A stretch of DNA of 58,333 nucleotides, counting the filler, from Diploschistes diacapsis (Eukaryota): assembly GCA_023645945.1 (NCBI GenBank). It is 8 parts of 8 records of this genome, joined end to end, with 100 filler letters (N's around TTAATTAATTAA, not from the genome) between each part and the next. Parts side by side here need not be neighbours in the genome. Positions count along the whole stretch, not along the records: positions 36,602 to 43,782 come from JALAIB010001305.1; positions 43,883 to 51,059 come from JALAIB010001306.1; 6 more parts are not named here. One strand, written 5' to 3'. The notes under the pieces are model-generated. The model made no database searches, was not told the origin of the DNA, and was given only the letters and a program-made list of their open reading frames with translations. Shown piece after piece: positions 39,057 to 51,159 of the stretch; position 1 is the stretch's first letter, and the number at the start of each line of letters is the position of its first letter. Made by a program: the position numbers and the translations under genes.

Positions 39057-40530
39057 CTAGTTGCCGGCGCCCGAAGTGCTTCCCGAGCCGCCGAGGGTGG
39101 CGCCGGTGGGGTCTGGGCGCTGCACAACACCGAACTGGGTATTGGCAACATCGAAGATCTGTCACAACGTACATTAGCCTCAGTTCACTCCCCAACAATG
39201 CTCCCCCCGGACCGAGCTCACCGCATAGACGCCCTTCAAGAACGAATCCCCCAGGATGTCCATGTCCATGTCGCCCCTGCTCTGCACGCCCCCGTACCAC
39301 GTGCCGTCACCGTTGTCGGCAAAAGCGAGCGACTCCTTGGGCAAGGCAAACTCCTGGCTGCCCACCGCAAACTTCACCACGGGCAACTGATCCGGCGTGA
39401 CCGTCTGCGGGAAGACGTAGCCCTGCTGCTGGTCGTTGTAGCTGCTCCCGGGGATGGCCGCGTAGATGGCCTCGACCGTCTGGTCGTCCACGAGCGCCAG
39501 GGTGGTGCCCGTGTCCGCAATGGCAGTGTTGCCGCTGCGGGCGATGGACTGGCCGTTGACCGAGGCGGTGGTGGAATCGAACTGCCAGAAGCCTTGGCTG
39601 TTGTCGACGGGCGTGTAGAACGGGCTGTCCGCACCAGGGACGGAGGTGTCGATGGCACCGAAGGTGTAGAAGGAGGTGCCGTCGGTGTTTCCCTCTTCGC
39701 GGTATGAGGAAAGATGGGCGGTGAACAGACCCTGGCTGATCACGCCCTCCGCGATGGCGTTCTGCACCGGTGTCTTGGCCGGAGTCGGCGTGACGGTGTT
39801 GATGGACGGCCAGGCGAGACCAAAGAGGCCGTCTCCCGCGCCAGAGGCGAACTCGGAGGAGAGCTTCTTGGCGAGCTCGACCTCCTGGTTCTTGATGGTC
39901 AGGCCGCCGAGCGATATGGTGTCGCTGTAGACGTTGCCCGAGGCGGATGAGCCGTCACCGTACTGAGGGCAAGTTAGCGAGGAGTGCGGAGCTGGGTACG
40001 GAGAAAACAAGTGACGGACAGAGATCTTCCAGCTCGCTCCCGAAACGGGCTTGGCAGAGCTGGATTGTGTCGGATTGTAGACGGTATGGCCACTCGTGCT
40101 GGTGGACTTGGGGAGCTCGGAAGAGAAGACCTGGCCCAGTAAGATATAGCTTCTGAGGTTGTGGCCCGCTGTAGCTTACCCAGAGGTCAGACGAGCCGGT
40201 ATCGAAGTCGAGAGAGAAGGTCTTCGCTGGAGTGCCAATCTGAACTTGGCAGAGGTACTCGGAGTCGTTCTGCTGGTCGTCGGCAGTCACATTGCCCGAC
40301 TTGCCGGTAGCGAGAGTCTTCTTCTGCAAGACCCTCTCTTTGTGTCCCTTGCCTAAAATTAGCTTGAGCCGGCCGAACTTGCCTTGTCTTCGGACTTTAT
40401 TGGCCATAAAGTAGGGGCCATTCTTGGTAGGATTGAACTTGTACTTATTCAAAGCATAGACATAAGACTTGGTCCCCGAACGGGCATAGTGCGGGTTCGC
40501 AATTCGAACGACGCGGTGGGTTGCAGACAT
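39057..40530 (-). CDS. Aspergillopepsin-like A1 aspartic endopeptidase without a signal peptide, about 434 aa, exons 40530-40180, 40130-40020, 39962-39222, 39158-39057
   Basis: Two catalytic motifs, LDFDTGSSDLW and IADTGTTL, plus flap YGDGSSASG and ILGDSFLK. Three in-frame GT..AG introns. Confidence 0.93.
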
Positions 40531-40891
40531 GGTGAGCTGTTGATAAGGTTCGGGGGTTGTGGGAAAAGATTTGGAGGAGAGGGAGCGTGAATCAATAAAT
40601 ATGACTGAATGGCGCGCGCGGGAGGAGTCGAAATGTGCACAAGAGCAGGTGGACAGTTGGTGGAAAGAGACGAGGAGGAACGTGAACAGACAAGGACAAG
40701 AGATTGAAATGTTCGAGGTGCGTGACGAGCTATAAGTACTCCCTACCTATTCAGATGTGTGTGGCAGCTACCCAGAGGGATGCGTCACCGATAGCTGCTT
40801 CTTCCCAGAAAGGGACATCAACTTTCAGGGAAGACATCGTACAGCAGTAGACAAAGGAAAGAAGGGTCGGGCACAACTTGCCTCGCTCTTG

Positions 40892-40937
40892 CTCCTGCTC
40901 CTGTTCCTGCTCCTGCTCCTGCTTCTGCTCCTGCTCC
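40892..40937. repeat. (CTCCTG)n hexamer microsatellite upstream of the aspartic protease
   Basis: Seen directly. Confidence 0.85.
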
Positions 40938-41759
40938 TTTGAACAACCGGGGGGGGCGAAGTCAAGCAGCAGACCAACTGCTCAAGGGCCAGGGATTATT
41001 GCAAGAAAGAGACCCAGGAGTTGCTTATCTCGACTCGAGAGCTTGCACAGTCCTCAGGTCTTCCAACTGCCGTCAAATGACGCGTTGAGAAACAAGTGTG
41101 TGCGGGTGTCACACACCAACCCGAGTCGTCTCTTTGTAGTATCCTGGCCACGGAGGGAGAGCTGACTTGGCAGAAGCATGAAGGTGGTCATTGCGCGATC
41201 GAGCAGATGAGCCTCAAGCTTAGCAGCTAGTTCGGCAGTCAAAGACCAGGAGATGTCTCCCAGTACCTTGCGAGGGAGGGGCTTAAGTCTGCATCCAGAG
41301 TAAGCGCGAGACAGGCAGTCGTTATCTATTGGTACAGTATGTAGCGAAGCGAAGATGGAGTGAGTGAGAAGCTACAGAACCACATCAAGTATTACTAGTA
41401 TCACTAGTATTACTTAGTAGGTAGTAGCACCAAATACAGTGACGCCTTGACAAAGCAGATATTGCTCACATGCGCAAGCACTTTGTTTTTAGTCGATAGA
41501 TAGTCAATCGTGTGGACTTCTGTGAATCAAGGTGAAGCCCCCGTTACGCCCCCGCCTCCCCTCCAGGTGGCCCCTGGCGGGGATTAGGCCTATGCTATGT
41601 CCGCGCTCTTGGCAAAGCTGGGGCATCCGTTGCTCGGCAACCCTGTTTAGTGTAGATGCTCCCCTCCGAACTTCATTCAACATCCAAACTCATAAAGCAG
41701 TCGACCAGCACCTACTGCATACAGGCCAACGCTGAGTTTGATAGAAAGGTCGAACAAGT

Positions 41760-43782
41760 ATGGCACGGCTTCATCAGGACTCCGACAGCGACGATTCGCT
41801 TCCGGACCTCGCAGTAGTACTCGGCAAACGAAGTGCGCCGCCGAAGAAGCAGTCGCGCCAGAAATCTTCTAGTTCGCTAGATACAGAGGCATCGCCAAGA
41901 AAAGAGCTCAAGGCAGATTCATGTTGCGCAACGAGCAAAGCAAGCAATACCAGGGAGAAGGCGTCACCAATCAGGGCCACCGGAAAAACCCAAAAGCCTC
42001 TGGGCCACAACAATGGCAACCCGCTGCTCCTGCCTAGCAGTGGCTCCGGTAAGCTTGAAAAGTCAAGAGAAGCGGGAAGCGCGAGCCAGCGGCAACTTGC
42101 TGCGGGTGAAACCCCCGGAAAAGAGAAGAAGTCTCAGCCAACAGAGCCTAGGACCCCACGGGGAGCCGTGAAGGAAGAGGTGAGGTGCGCGATATCTCCT
42201 TCTACCGTCTCGACTACATCCGGCGTAATAAGCACATCTGCTCTAGGTAGTGAAGACGACTGTTTGTCGGATTTTGTGGTCAGCGATGCGGCGAGCGAGG
42301 CCGAACTACGATTACCACCAAGGTCTCAGAGAAAGCCCAAACAGATTGCTGGGAAACGGACAGCTGCAAGGAGAAGGATACAGGTTCTTTCAGATGACGA
42401 GAGCGATGTGGGAGGATATCAGCTCAGCAACAGTGGGTCCGGGGAGGCTGGAGATGACATCTTGGCTGCTCTACAGAAGCTGTCCTTGGGTGTCTCTTCC
42501 AAAGCTGAAAAACCAATTCAATCTCGAGCGAAGCGGCTGCCAGTGCCAATCAACGACAAGGTTGTCTTCGAGCCCAACGCATTTATCTCCTAGTAAGCTC
42601 ACGTTCTGCCCTCCCACCACAACACTCCTGATAGTCTACAGCTCCCCACCGCTGAAACCCTCCCCCACCAAAGCCCTACCACCTCCCTCTCCCTGCCGTC
42701 CTACAACACCATCAAGAACCCCTCCCAAACCGCGCCTTCGTTCCCCAACAAAAACACCACACCGCATCCCCAGATCCCCGCACAGACCCAGCCTCGCCGC
42801 CTTCTGGACGCAAGACGTGATAAACGACTGGAACGACCAATACTCTCCCGCCAAAACGCCCAATGTTCACCACCCACACCCCTTCTCCAACGCCATAGAC
42901 ATCAACGACGAGGAGCTATCGCCATCTGAGTATTCGCCTCGCAAAAATGCCGCCGTCACCGTACCGGCCAGCCCAAGCAAGAAAGAGCGTGCGGCCCAGC
43001 TAGCCTCGAAGCGCGAGTGGGACGCACAAAAGGAGCAACTGGCGCAGTCCTTTCTCTCGGAGCTCGACTGCGAGATTACGGGCGGCCAGCTCGCGGCGCT
43101 CGCGGCCTCGACGGGCGGGATCAAGATCGTCTGGAGCAAGACGCTCAACACGACGGCCGGGCGGGCGCGCTGGAAGCGGGAGACTGTGCGTAGCAGCAGC
43201 AACAGCACCAACGGCAATAACCCAGCATCGACCACGACTTCCGCAGCAGGCTTCGCCACCGCGACCTCCCCATCCACCTCATCCTCCTCCCCCATCGACC
43301 TCACCTCCAGCCCCGCCGAACCCAACTCGAGCTCCACCCAGCCGGGCACGAAGACCTCGTACCACCACCACGCCACCATCGACCTCTCCACCAAGGTCCT
43401 CACCAACCCCGCCAACCTGCTCTGCACCCTGGCCCACGAATTCTGCCACCTGGCCGTCTACATGCTCCCCTCCCCGCTTTCCTCTGTCGCCTCCTCCTCC
43501 TCCTCCTCTTTACCCACCGCCACCGCGCGCCTCCGGCCCCCAGCCCCGCACGGCGCGGAATTCAAAGCCTGGGCGGCCCGGGTGCACGCTGCCTTCGGCA
43601 CGAGCCGGGGCGTGCGCGTGACCACGCGGCACAGCTACGACATCGAGTACCGGTACGCGTGGGCGTGCGCGGACTGCGGCGCGCTGTACCAGCGGCACAG
43701 CCGGAGCGTGGACCCGGGGCGGCAGAGGTGCGGGGTCGGGAGCGGCGAGGGGAACGGGTCGGGCGTGCGGAAGTGCGGGGGG
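41760..43782 (+). CDS. SprT-like zinc metalloprotease (GCNA/ACRC-like), exons 41760-42592 and 42642-43782, 3' truncated at the linker
   Basis: IVWSKTLNTTAGRA, LAHEFCHL (HExxH), HGAEFKAW, HSYDIEYRYAWACADCG..RHSRS...RCG zinc ribbon, and a long disordered N-terminus. Intron GTAAGC..CTGAT..CAG joins the frames. Confidence 0.88.
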
Positions 43783-44542
43783 NNNNNNNNNNNNNNNNNN
43801 NNNNNNNNNNNNNNNNNNNNNNNNNNTTAATTAATTAANNNNNNNNNNNNNNNNNNNNNNNNNNNNNNNNNNNNNNNNNNNNGGCAAAGGAATCCGGGGG
43901 GGTGATTCGAACGGCCACCCCCTTTCTCCTTTTTTTTTTCCTTTTTTTTCTTTTCCTTTTTCTTTCTTGTTTCTGGGCCGAGTTTGAACGCTGATACCCG
44001 CCCCGCCGTGCAGAGATCCCGAAACATTGAATACCACTCCTCCAAATCGTCATCGCTCGGCCCCCCAGAAGAAACTCTCTGAAAATGGGGACAAACCTCG
44101 GAGCCCAGTCCTCTCTTCCGCAGCCCGCTTTGCAGCTGTCCGACTCGTGCGTTGAGAGCGTTCTCGACCGAGACTCTGGCGGCGTGGGCTTTCGCTATCC
44201 GCGATGTATTGTTGCTGGGTGGTAGTGCCTCCGACGACGGCATGGGAGGGTGGGAAGGAGGGTGGAGTGTCACGTAGCACGGGACAGGATGGGGTGTGGC
44301 GAGGAGGTGGGATAAATATAAGATGGAATTGGGGGAGCCTTGTCACATTTTGCGCTGCCTGCCTGGAGCAAGCGGGACTTTTTTTGTTTGCTTTGCCCCT
44401 ATAGTGGCTTTGAAGCTCGTTGAAGCGGGTTCCTCTCTGGGAGTACAGACGCCGCGAAGCCTAGCGGCTCGTGGCTATTCGGCGATTCAGCGCACGTGAG
44501 CTCCGCATGTGCAAAAACGATCGTGGTAGCGCTTCAGAGGTA

Positions 44543-45796
44543 TCATTCAAACGTAATCTTCTTCCCCTGTCCATCGACAATACCCGCCGTTTGCCTCGGC
44601 GCCACCGAGTTGGCCGCCCCCGACTTGATCGTGCGTGCATCCACGGACCGCCGCTTCTCTGTGGGCATGCGCGGCCTCTTCCGCGAGTCAACGCCATCCC
44701 CCATGGGCCCCTCGGGCGCTTCGACTGCCTGCTGCCCGTCTTCCGGCATCTGCTCGGGAGCGCCATCACCAGCCTCCTCGCCCTTCTTCCCCTTGCTGTA
44801 GCGCTTCCGGTACCTCACGCCCGAATCTTCCGCAAACTCCATCCTCAGCGCCCGGCCCTTGAGGCGGTTCACCCACCACCTCCGCGGTTTCTTCTGCTTC
44901 CTCTTCTTCTTGTTCGGCCCCTTGTCCGCCTCGTCCTCCTCTCCGTCTGACTCCGCATCCAGCTCGACCCAGCCTCTGACTGCTCTCTCCGCCTCCTCAA
45001 CCTGCCCAAACGTCACCCAGCCGTATCCCTTGCACTTCCCAGAATCCTCAAAGGTCGCCGTGAACGCGCTGACCACCTCGCCACACCTGCTGAAATGCTG
45101 CTGCAAGTCGTCCTCCGTGGTGTCGAAGTCCATATTTCCCACAAAGATGCGCTTGTTCGGCGGGTTGCCCGTCTCGCCCTTGTCTGCATGCTTTCCATCG
45201 CTTTTGCCAGCCTGGGGACGCCCCTCGAAGCTCTGCGCATCTTTGATCAGCACCCGGCGCCCGGAGAACAGCGTTTCGCTGAGCGCGAGCGCAGCTTTTT
45301 GAGCGTCGGCGGCGGCGAAGTCGATGTAGGCGAAGCCCCTGTTCTGGGGCTTGTCGAACCTCCGCTGCGCTTGCGAGGACGCAGAGGGTCCGGGAAGGTG
45401 GACGCGCGTCATGTCCTCGGGGGTAATGCTCTCGACGTTGGAGGTGAAGAAGGTGGTGAGCGTTTCTTTGGTCGCGGTGAAGGGGAGGTTGCCGATCCAG
45501 ATGCCGTACTGGGACCGCTGCGGTGTGGAGGGGGTGGGTGGGGATTGAGGAGGAGCAGCATTCGTCTCGGTACCGTTAGGGGTTCGGACTGGGGCAGAGC
45601 CGTCGTCGGGGACGAGGGGCGGATTGGCGATGGATTTAGAGGCGTCCTTGCCTTTCTTTGCTTTGCGCAGCGCCTTTTTGGAGGCCGGTTCGGGTGCCGA
45701 GACATTGACTTGGATCTCTTCGAAGGTTTTGTCTGCTCGCTTGCGCTTCTTAGAGGGAGGAAGGTTGGAGGAGGAATGGGAGGAGGAGCCGGACAT
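44543..45796 (-). CDS. NOP13: Nucleolar two-RRM RNA-binding protein (Nop13/Rnp24-like), 417 aa
   Basis: EPASKKALRKAKK, RRM1 (GIWIGNLPF..NRGFAYIDF..GRRVLIKDAQSFEGRP), RRM2 (IFVGNMDF..GKCKGYGWVTF) and C-terminal GKKITFE. Confidence 0.85.
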   Translation of the reverse strand: MSGSSSHSSSNLPPSKKRKRADKTFEEIQVNVSAPEPASKKALRKAKKGKDASKSIANPPLVPDDGSAPVRTPNGTETNAAPPQSPPTPSTPQRSQYGIWIGNLPFTATKETLTTFFTSNVESITPEDMTRVHLPGPSASSQAQRRFDKPQNRGFAYIDFAAADAQKAALALSETLFSGRRVLIKDAQSFEGRPQAGKSDGKHADKGETGNPPNKRIFVGNMDFDTTEDDLQQHFSRCGEVVSAFTATFEDSGKCKGYGWVTFGQVEEAERAVRGWVELDAESDGEEDEADKGPNKKKRKQKKPRRWWVNRLKGRALRMEFAEDSGVRYRKRYSKGKKGEEAGDGAPEQMPEDGQQAVEAPEGPMGDGVDSRKRPRMPTEKRRSVDARTIKSGAANSVAPRQTAGIVDGQGKKITFE

Positions 45797-45966
45797 GCTG
45801 CCAAAGCTTATAGTCTTCCTAAACGCGATGAGAATTTTAATAGGTCGAGGCTACAGTAACGGTACTTTAAGAGGGCCCGTATTTTTGTGTGGTCGAAATT
45901 TGAAATTAGCGTCCTTGCGAAGAGGACCTAACTAACCTAGGAAAGAATTTGAAGCTAGAAAATCCG

Positions 45967-46026
45967 ATCATGTGATGCATCATGTGACGCATCATGTGAC
46001 GTATCATGTGACGTATCATGTAACGC
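45967..46026. repeat. Five tandem 12-bp units ATCATGTGAYGY upstream of NOP13
   Basis: ATCATGTGATGC ATCATGTGACGC ATCATGTGACGT ATCATGTGACGT ATCATGTAACGC, seen directly. Confidence 0.9.
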
Positions 46027-47724
46027 TCTTCCAAGGCAGCAACCCTGTGCTATATACAAATTGAAGAAAAGACTACAAATGCTGTTAAAGTGTTGTGCCA
46101 ACTAATGATTGATGTTCTTAACAAGAAGCATTTTCTTGCGCATCTGTCCAAGTGGCTCTGCAACGAACGCCTTTCCGGCATATTTGTACGATTTCTCCGA
46201 GTATAAAACCAGTGTCAGGAAAACTCCCAGCTGCGAACATCTCCGTAGACACCGTGACTGTGCCAGATAATTTTGTTGGTTGGACTCAGAGTTAATGAAG
46301 CTCGTATCCAAAGGAAAGATAACGCTAAAGCTACGGTATCTACGACAAAAATCCTCTGAAGCTTATCTATGATGTCTGTTGCAAGCAGCGTCGATGTGCG
46401 GGTAGTTTTACAATATATAGTAGCAAATCTACGTAACCTGGATCTGCGCCCAATGCTGAGATATCTCATGTTGGCTTAGATGCTATTACCGACGTGCTAG
46501 TTAACAAGCTCCGTGGTCATCCAGCCGTTGGATCGGCCCCCCACTTCCTTCCGTGGGGATAGGAGCAAAAGGGCAGGGATTAACAGTGGGAGTCTATGGA
46601 GGGGTTTGTTAGAGCAGTGTCGAGTACAGTAGAGTTAGCGTAGGGTAGCGTAGGGTAATGTACCAGCGAGGTCGGCAAAGGACAGGAGCTAGCTAGCTAA
46701 TCCCTATCCAGTTAGTAGCTCCTACAATTTGTGAGTTTAACTTTAAACATAAATTTTGTTATTTCCATCTTAGGACGAGCAAGCCAACTAATATTCTATC
46801 ATTATAACAAATATTACTCTCTTTACCATGGGTTTTTTTTAATCTTCGATTACTATAGTCTAGACAAAAACGTTTCCTTTTTGTGCTTAGAGGCTCACAA
46901 ATCAGGTTTAAATTAATATGCGAGTTGTACAAGCAGGGAAGGTCCATCACAATCTCCCTTCCCCTGAAGGCATTCCAATTGGTGCTGCGATTCATATAGC
47001 TGCTGCAGCGATATCGGCAGAGTAAAGCTAAATCAGACTGTCTTCTGAGAAAGTGACTGGGATGTTCCGAGCTCGTACAGAGTATCAGCCCATCTGGAAG
47101 CACCCAGTAGAAACAAGGTAACGGGGAGATGATGGTAGTAGGTGTGGTCCCCGCATCTCTATTGGCGTTGTACTGTATGTAGCCTGTAGGCAGATCTCTT
47201 CAGGACCCAGCAATCCGTGTAACTACACAAATACATGTACTTGAATAATCAATAATCAATAATCACAACAAACTTTGCAGGAGTTGCCACCACGATGGAA
47301 ACCCAAAGCCAACAGGCCCCCAGACCGCCACTAGTCAGATAAGCATTATTGTTGTGTGGCGTGCCTTCCTTCCATATCTGACATAACTTCGTTCATACTT
47401 GGACACGGTGGGCCATGTCATGTCTCGAAAGGCTCGACAGGCCATCGGATGAATTGATTGGGAAAGGAAAGGAAAGGAAATGGAAGGGTAAGAACGAAGG
47501 TCGATTTACTTTGCTGTTTCATGCTGCTTCAAAGAGCTACCTAAACAAAGCAAACTCCGCGGGCTCTCTGTAAATGCATCGACCTTCTCTCTGTACTTTC
47601 TCGAGTATAGATGTCATTCGCTGAGTCCATACTTGATCCTATTTATTCACATCGCGCGTGAGGTATTTCCCACGTACTACCTACATCCTACATTCTCTTC
47701 ATTCCTCTCAGCCGAATTTTCACA

Positions 47725-50286
47725 ATGAGCTCTCAACCTGGCCATTACGGGACAGCGCTGAAGTCTGCGGATCGTACAGGTCGTGTAGAGCCCACCAAGG
47801 CAACAAAACCAGCAAGAAGACACTCTGGAGATATGGATCCGCTCAGCCGAGCCCAAGAGTACTATGGGATCGATCGCGATCCCATGAGAAATCCCAAGCT
47901 CCGCACATATACCTCCGTACGTCTTGCTTCCTGGAGCACGTGCACATCGAGTGACTAGAGAAACAGATCGACTCACGAAGGCCTGAACTTCATCGAGGCA
48001 GTTCTCAGCCTGACACGCGGAGAGCTAGCCAAGGTTCGTGAGCACGCACCTCTCGTACACGAATGCACGCTAATAGCCTGTGAGACGAATCCACTCTAAG
48101 GGCACGCAAATTCCTCATCCCAGTCGAGCAAACTCTCAAGGAGCTGCTCTCACGGGAAGATACGGACTCGAACTGGCAGATCACCGTGGACGATATCGGT
48201 CCAAAGGTAATAATGCTATGGTCAAGCCTGAGAGCAAACGAGACTGATGTGGGGGGTAGGTATTGAGTGTGGGTACGCTAGGCTCCCGAGGCCTGAAGAA
48301 GGTGGACATACGCGGCACATATATGCTCTCGAACCTGTTGCAAGAGCTTACGCTGGCTCGAAGCTTTGGCCGGGAGATGATTGTACTCGACGAAGCCAGA
48401 CTGAACGAGAATCCCGTCAGTCGATTATCGCGGGTCATTAGTACGGCCTTTTGGGACAACTTGACCAGGCGGATCGACGCATCAAACATTGAAAAGGTAG
48501 CCCTGGACGCGAAGGATTGGACCTCCGATCCTCGACCCAGGATCTACATTCCTCGAGGTTGCCCGGAGCAATACGAGTACTACTCGAGACTGGCCAGGAA
48601 GCGGCCGGAGATCCGGCTCGATGTTCGATGGCTCCCCAAGGAGAAGATCACTGGAGAATACGTTCGAGACTTGAACGTTGCTCCCGGCCTGCTGGCCGTT
48701 GCCATGGAAGAGTACGTGGACGAGAAAACCGGGAACAAGGATCTCCGTGGCCTTCCTTTTGTCGTTCCTGGCGGTAGATTCAACGAGTTGTATGGCTGGG
48801 ACAGCTACATGGAGTCCATTGGTCTGATCGTCAACGGCCGCGTCAAGCTTGCCATGTCCATGGTAAGGCACTTTACATTCTGCATCCAGCACTATGGAAA
48901 GATCTTCAATGCCAACAGAACCTACTACCTTGGCCGGTCTCAGCCGCCATTTCTGACCGACATGGCGTTGCGTGTCTACGAGGAGATCAAGGAGGAACCC
49001 GACGCCCTAGTCTTCCTGAGGCGGGCCTTCCAAGCAGCCATCAAGGAATACTACGGCGTCTGGATGGCTGACCCACGTCTCGACCACGCCAGCGGCCTCT
49101 CCAGATACCGTCCTCTCGGCGTGGGCGTTCCCCCAGAGACCGAGGCTTCTCACTTCACCCATATCCTCCGGCCATACGCTCAGAAGCACAACATGACGAA
49201 TGAGCAGTTCAACGAAGCCTACACCTGGGGCCGCATCAAAGAGCCCGAGCTGGACGAATACTTTCTGCACGACCGCGCGGTCCGCGAATCCGGCCACGAT
49301 ACCTCGTACCGCCTCGAGAATGTCGCTGCCGATCTCGCGACCATCGACCTCAATTCTTGCCTCTACAAGTACGAGACGGACATCTGCCGCGTCGTCCGGA
49401 CCCTCTTCAACGACTCGCTGGAGATGTCCGCCGAATTCTGCACCGACGACATGGAGCCGGGCTACAGGGAGGTTTCGGCGACCTGGGGGCGACGCGCGAA
49501 GCGCCGCCGGGCACTGATGGAAAAGTACATGTGGAACCAGGAGAAGGGCATGTTCTTCGACTACAACACCAAGAAGCGACAGCAGAGCACCTACGAGACG
49601 GCCACCACGTTCTGGGCCATGTGGTCCGGCGTCGCGACGCCGCAGAAGGCGGCGATCATGATGCAGAGAGCGCTGCCCAAGTTCGAGGAGATCGGCGGCC
49701 TCGCTTCGGGAACGGAGGAGTCGCGCGGCCAGGTCGGCCTGAACCGGCCGAATCGGCAGTGGGATTACCCCTTTGGCTGGGCGCCGCAGCAGATCCTGGC
49801 CTGGGGCGGCTTCCTGCGGTATGGGTACCAGGACGATGCGGAGAGGCTGGCGTACAAGTGGATATACATGTGCACGAAGGCCTTCTATGACTTCTCGGGC
49901 GTGGTGGTCGAGAAGTACAACGTCACCGAGCCGATCGATCCGCACCGGGTGACGGCCGAGTACGGGAACCAGGGGAGCGATTTCAAGGGGGTGGCCAAGG
50001 AAGGGTAGGTTTTGCTACCTTTTCTTTTTCTTTGGCAATCGGGCTCGTTGGACCGACCGGCTCGAGCGAAAAAAAGGGTAGCCTGGGGGGAAAGTTGTAT
50101 AGTGGTATGATATGAATAATGCTAACGATCGTTATGTACAGGTTCGGCTGGGTCAACGCCTCCTACGTCTACGGCCTGACGATCGTCAACACACACATGA
50201 AGCGCGCCCTCGGCGCCCTGACGCCCTGGGAGACTTTCCACCGCATGACGGAGCAGGGCTTGGCTGTCGTCCTCGACAGACTGTAA
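47725..50286 (+). CDS. NTH1: Neutral trehalase (GH37), about 756 aa, exons 47725-47916, 47967-48033, 48085-48206, 48260-50004, 50142-50286
   Basis: PKA-type site RRASQDE, Ca-binding [61 protein letters not shown] and [10 protein letters not shown]. Confidence 0.96.
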
Positions 50287-51159
50287 GCGCCCGTCGGTGT
50301 TGATGTCGGTCATGCAAGCCGTTGATGTCGATGTCGAAGTCGCACCTATTTTCTGTTCCTGAGCTCGTTTCCGCGTCGGTGGCATGTGTCTCTCCAGCAA
50401 CCCTCACGCAACCCTTGTCCGTCGCGTTCGGTATTGGAGAGATGGATGGCTAGCTGCTCGGCTTGACTCGGGGGAAGCGAAAAAGATGCAAGAAACAAAG
50501 GAGTGAGACAAGGGGTGAAGACACGCAGGGGTTGGGGAGAAGTTGCGTGCGTACCCGTGTATCCGTAGTAGTACGCTAGGGTTGCTGTCCTTGAAAACAC
50601 AAATACCTATAGTGCTGCTGGCCAATGACTAGTTCGTAAAACTGACACAAGTTGTGATGTGATGATGTGCTGTGCTGTACATTTATCATGCTGCGACTTT
50701 GTCCAATAAGTTTCTTGATCTCGTGCTGGTGCTTTGTGCTGCTGGTTTCGTACCTGTCCTTTTCTAACCGCCCCAGGGAATAATGGCCACCCATGTCGGA
50801 GAGTTAGTCTAACCGTAGGAATTCAAAAAATCAGGATCAAAATGAGGATCAGAATCAGAATCAGAATCAGCATCATTTGTAGATTTTTTGCAAAAAGGGA
50901 AAAAAGAAAGTGAACATGATGAGTATTCACGAGTATTTGCAAAGCCTTGTTCTCATATCGACGGGGTATCTAGACACTATGCTACTTCATTCCTGCCTTG
51001 CCATCCTGCATCTCCTCGCCAAGCTTTCCGTTTTGTCGATCATGAGTAGTGCATGAAACNNNNNNNNNNNNNNNNNNNNNNNNNNNNNNNNNNNNNNNNN
51101 NNNTTAATTAATTAANNNNNNNNNNNNNNNNNNNNNNNNNNNNNNNNNNNNNNNNNNNN

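Noticed and set aside
43883..44243. Minus-strand ORF MPSSEALPP... downstream of NOP13
   Set aside because: No recognisable family, and it runs into a poly-A/T low-complexity tract and the linker. It may be a real truncated gene but cannot be supported.
45967..46026. CRISPR-like array
   Set aside because: The units are contiguous 12-mers with no spacers, in a eukaryotic context.
49007..49945. Long antisense ORFs over the trehalase, NOP13, aspartic protease and methyltransferase genes
   Set aside because: These are shadow ORFs expected from high GC3 codon bias on the coding strand.
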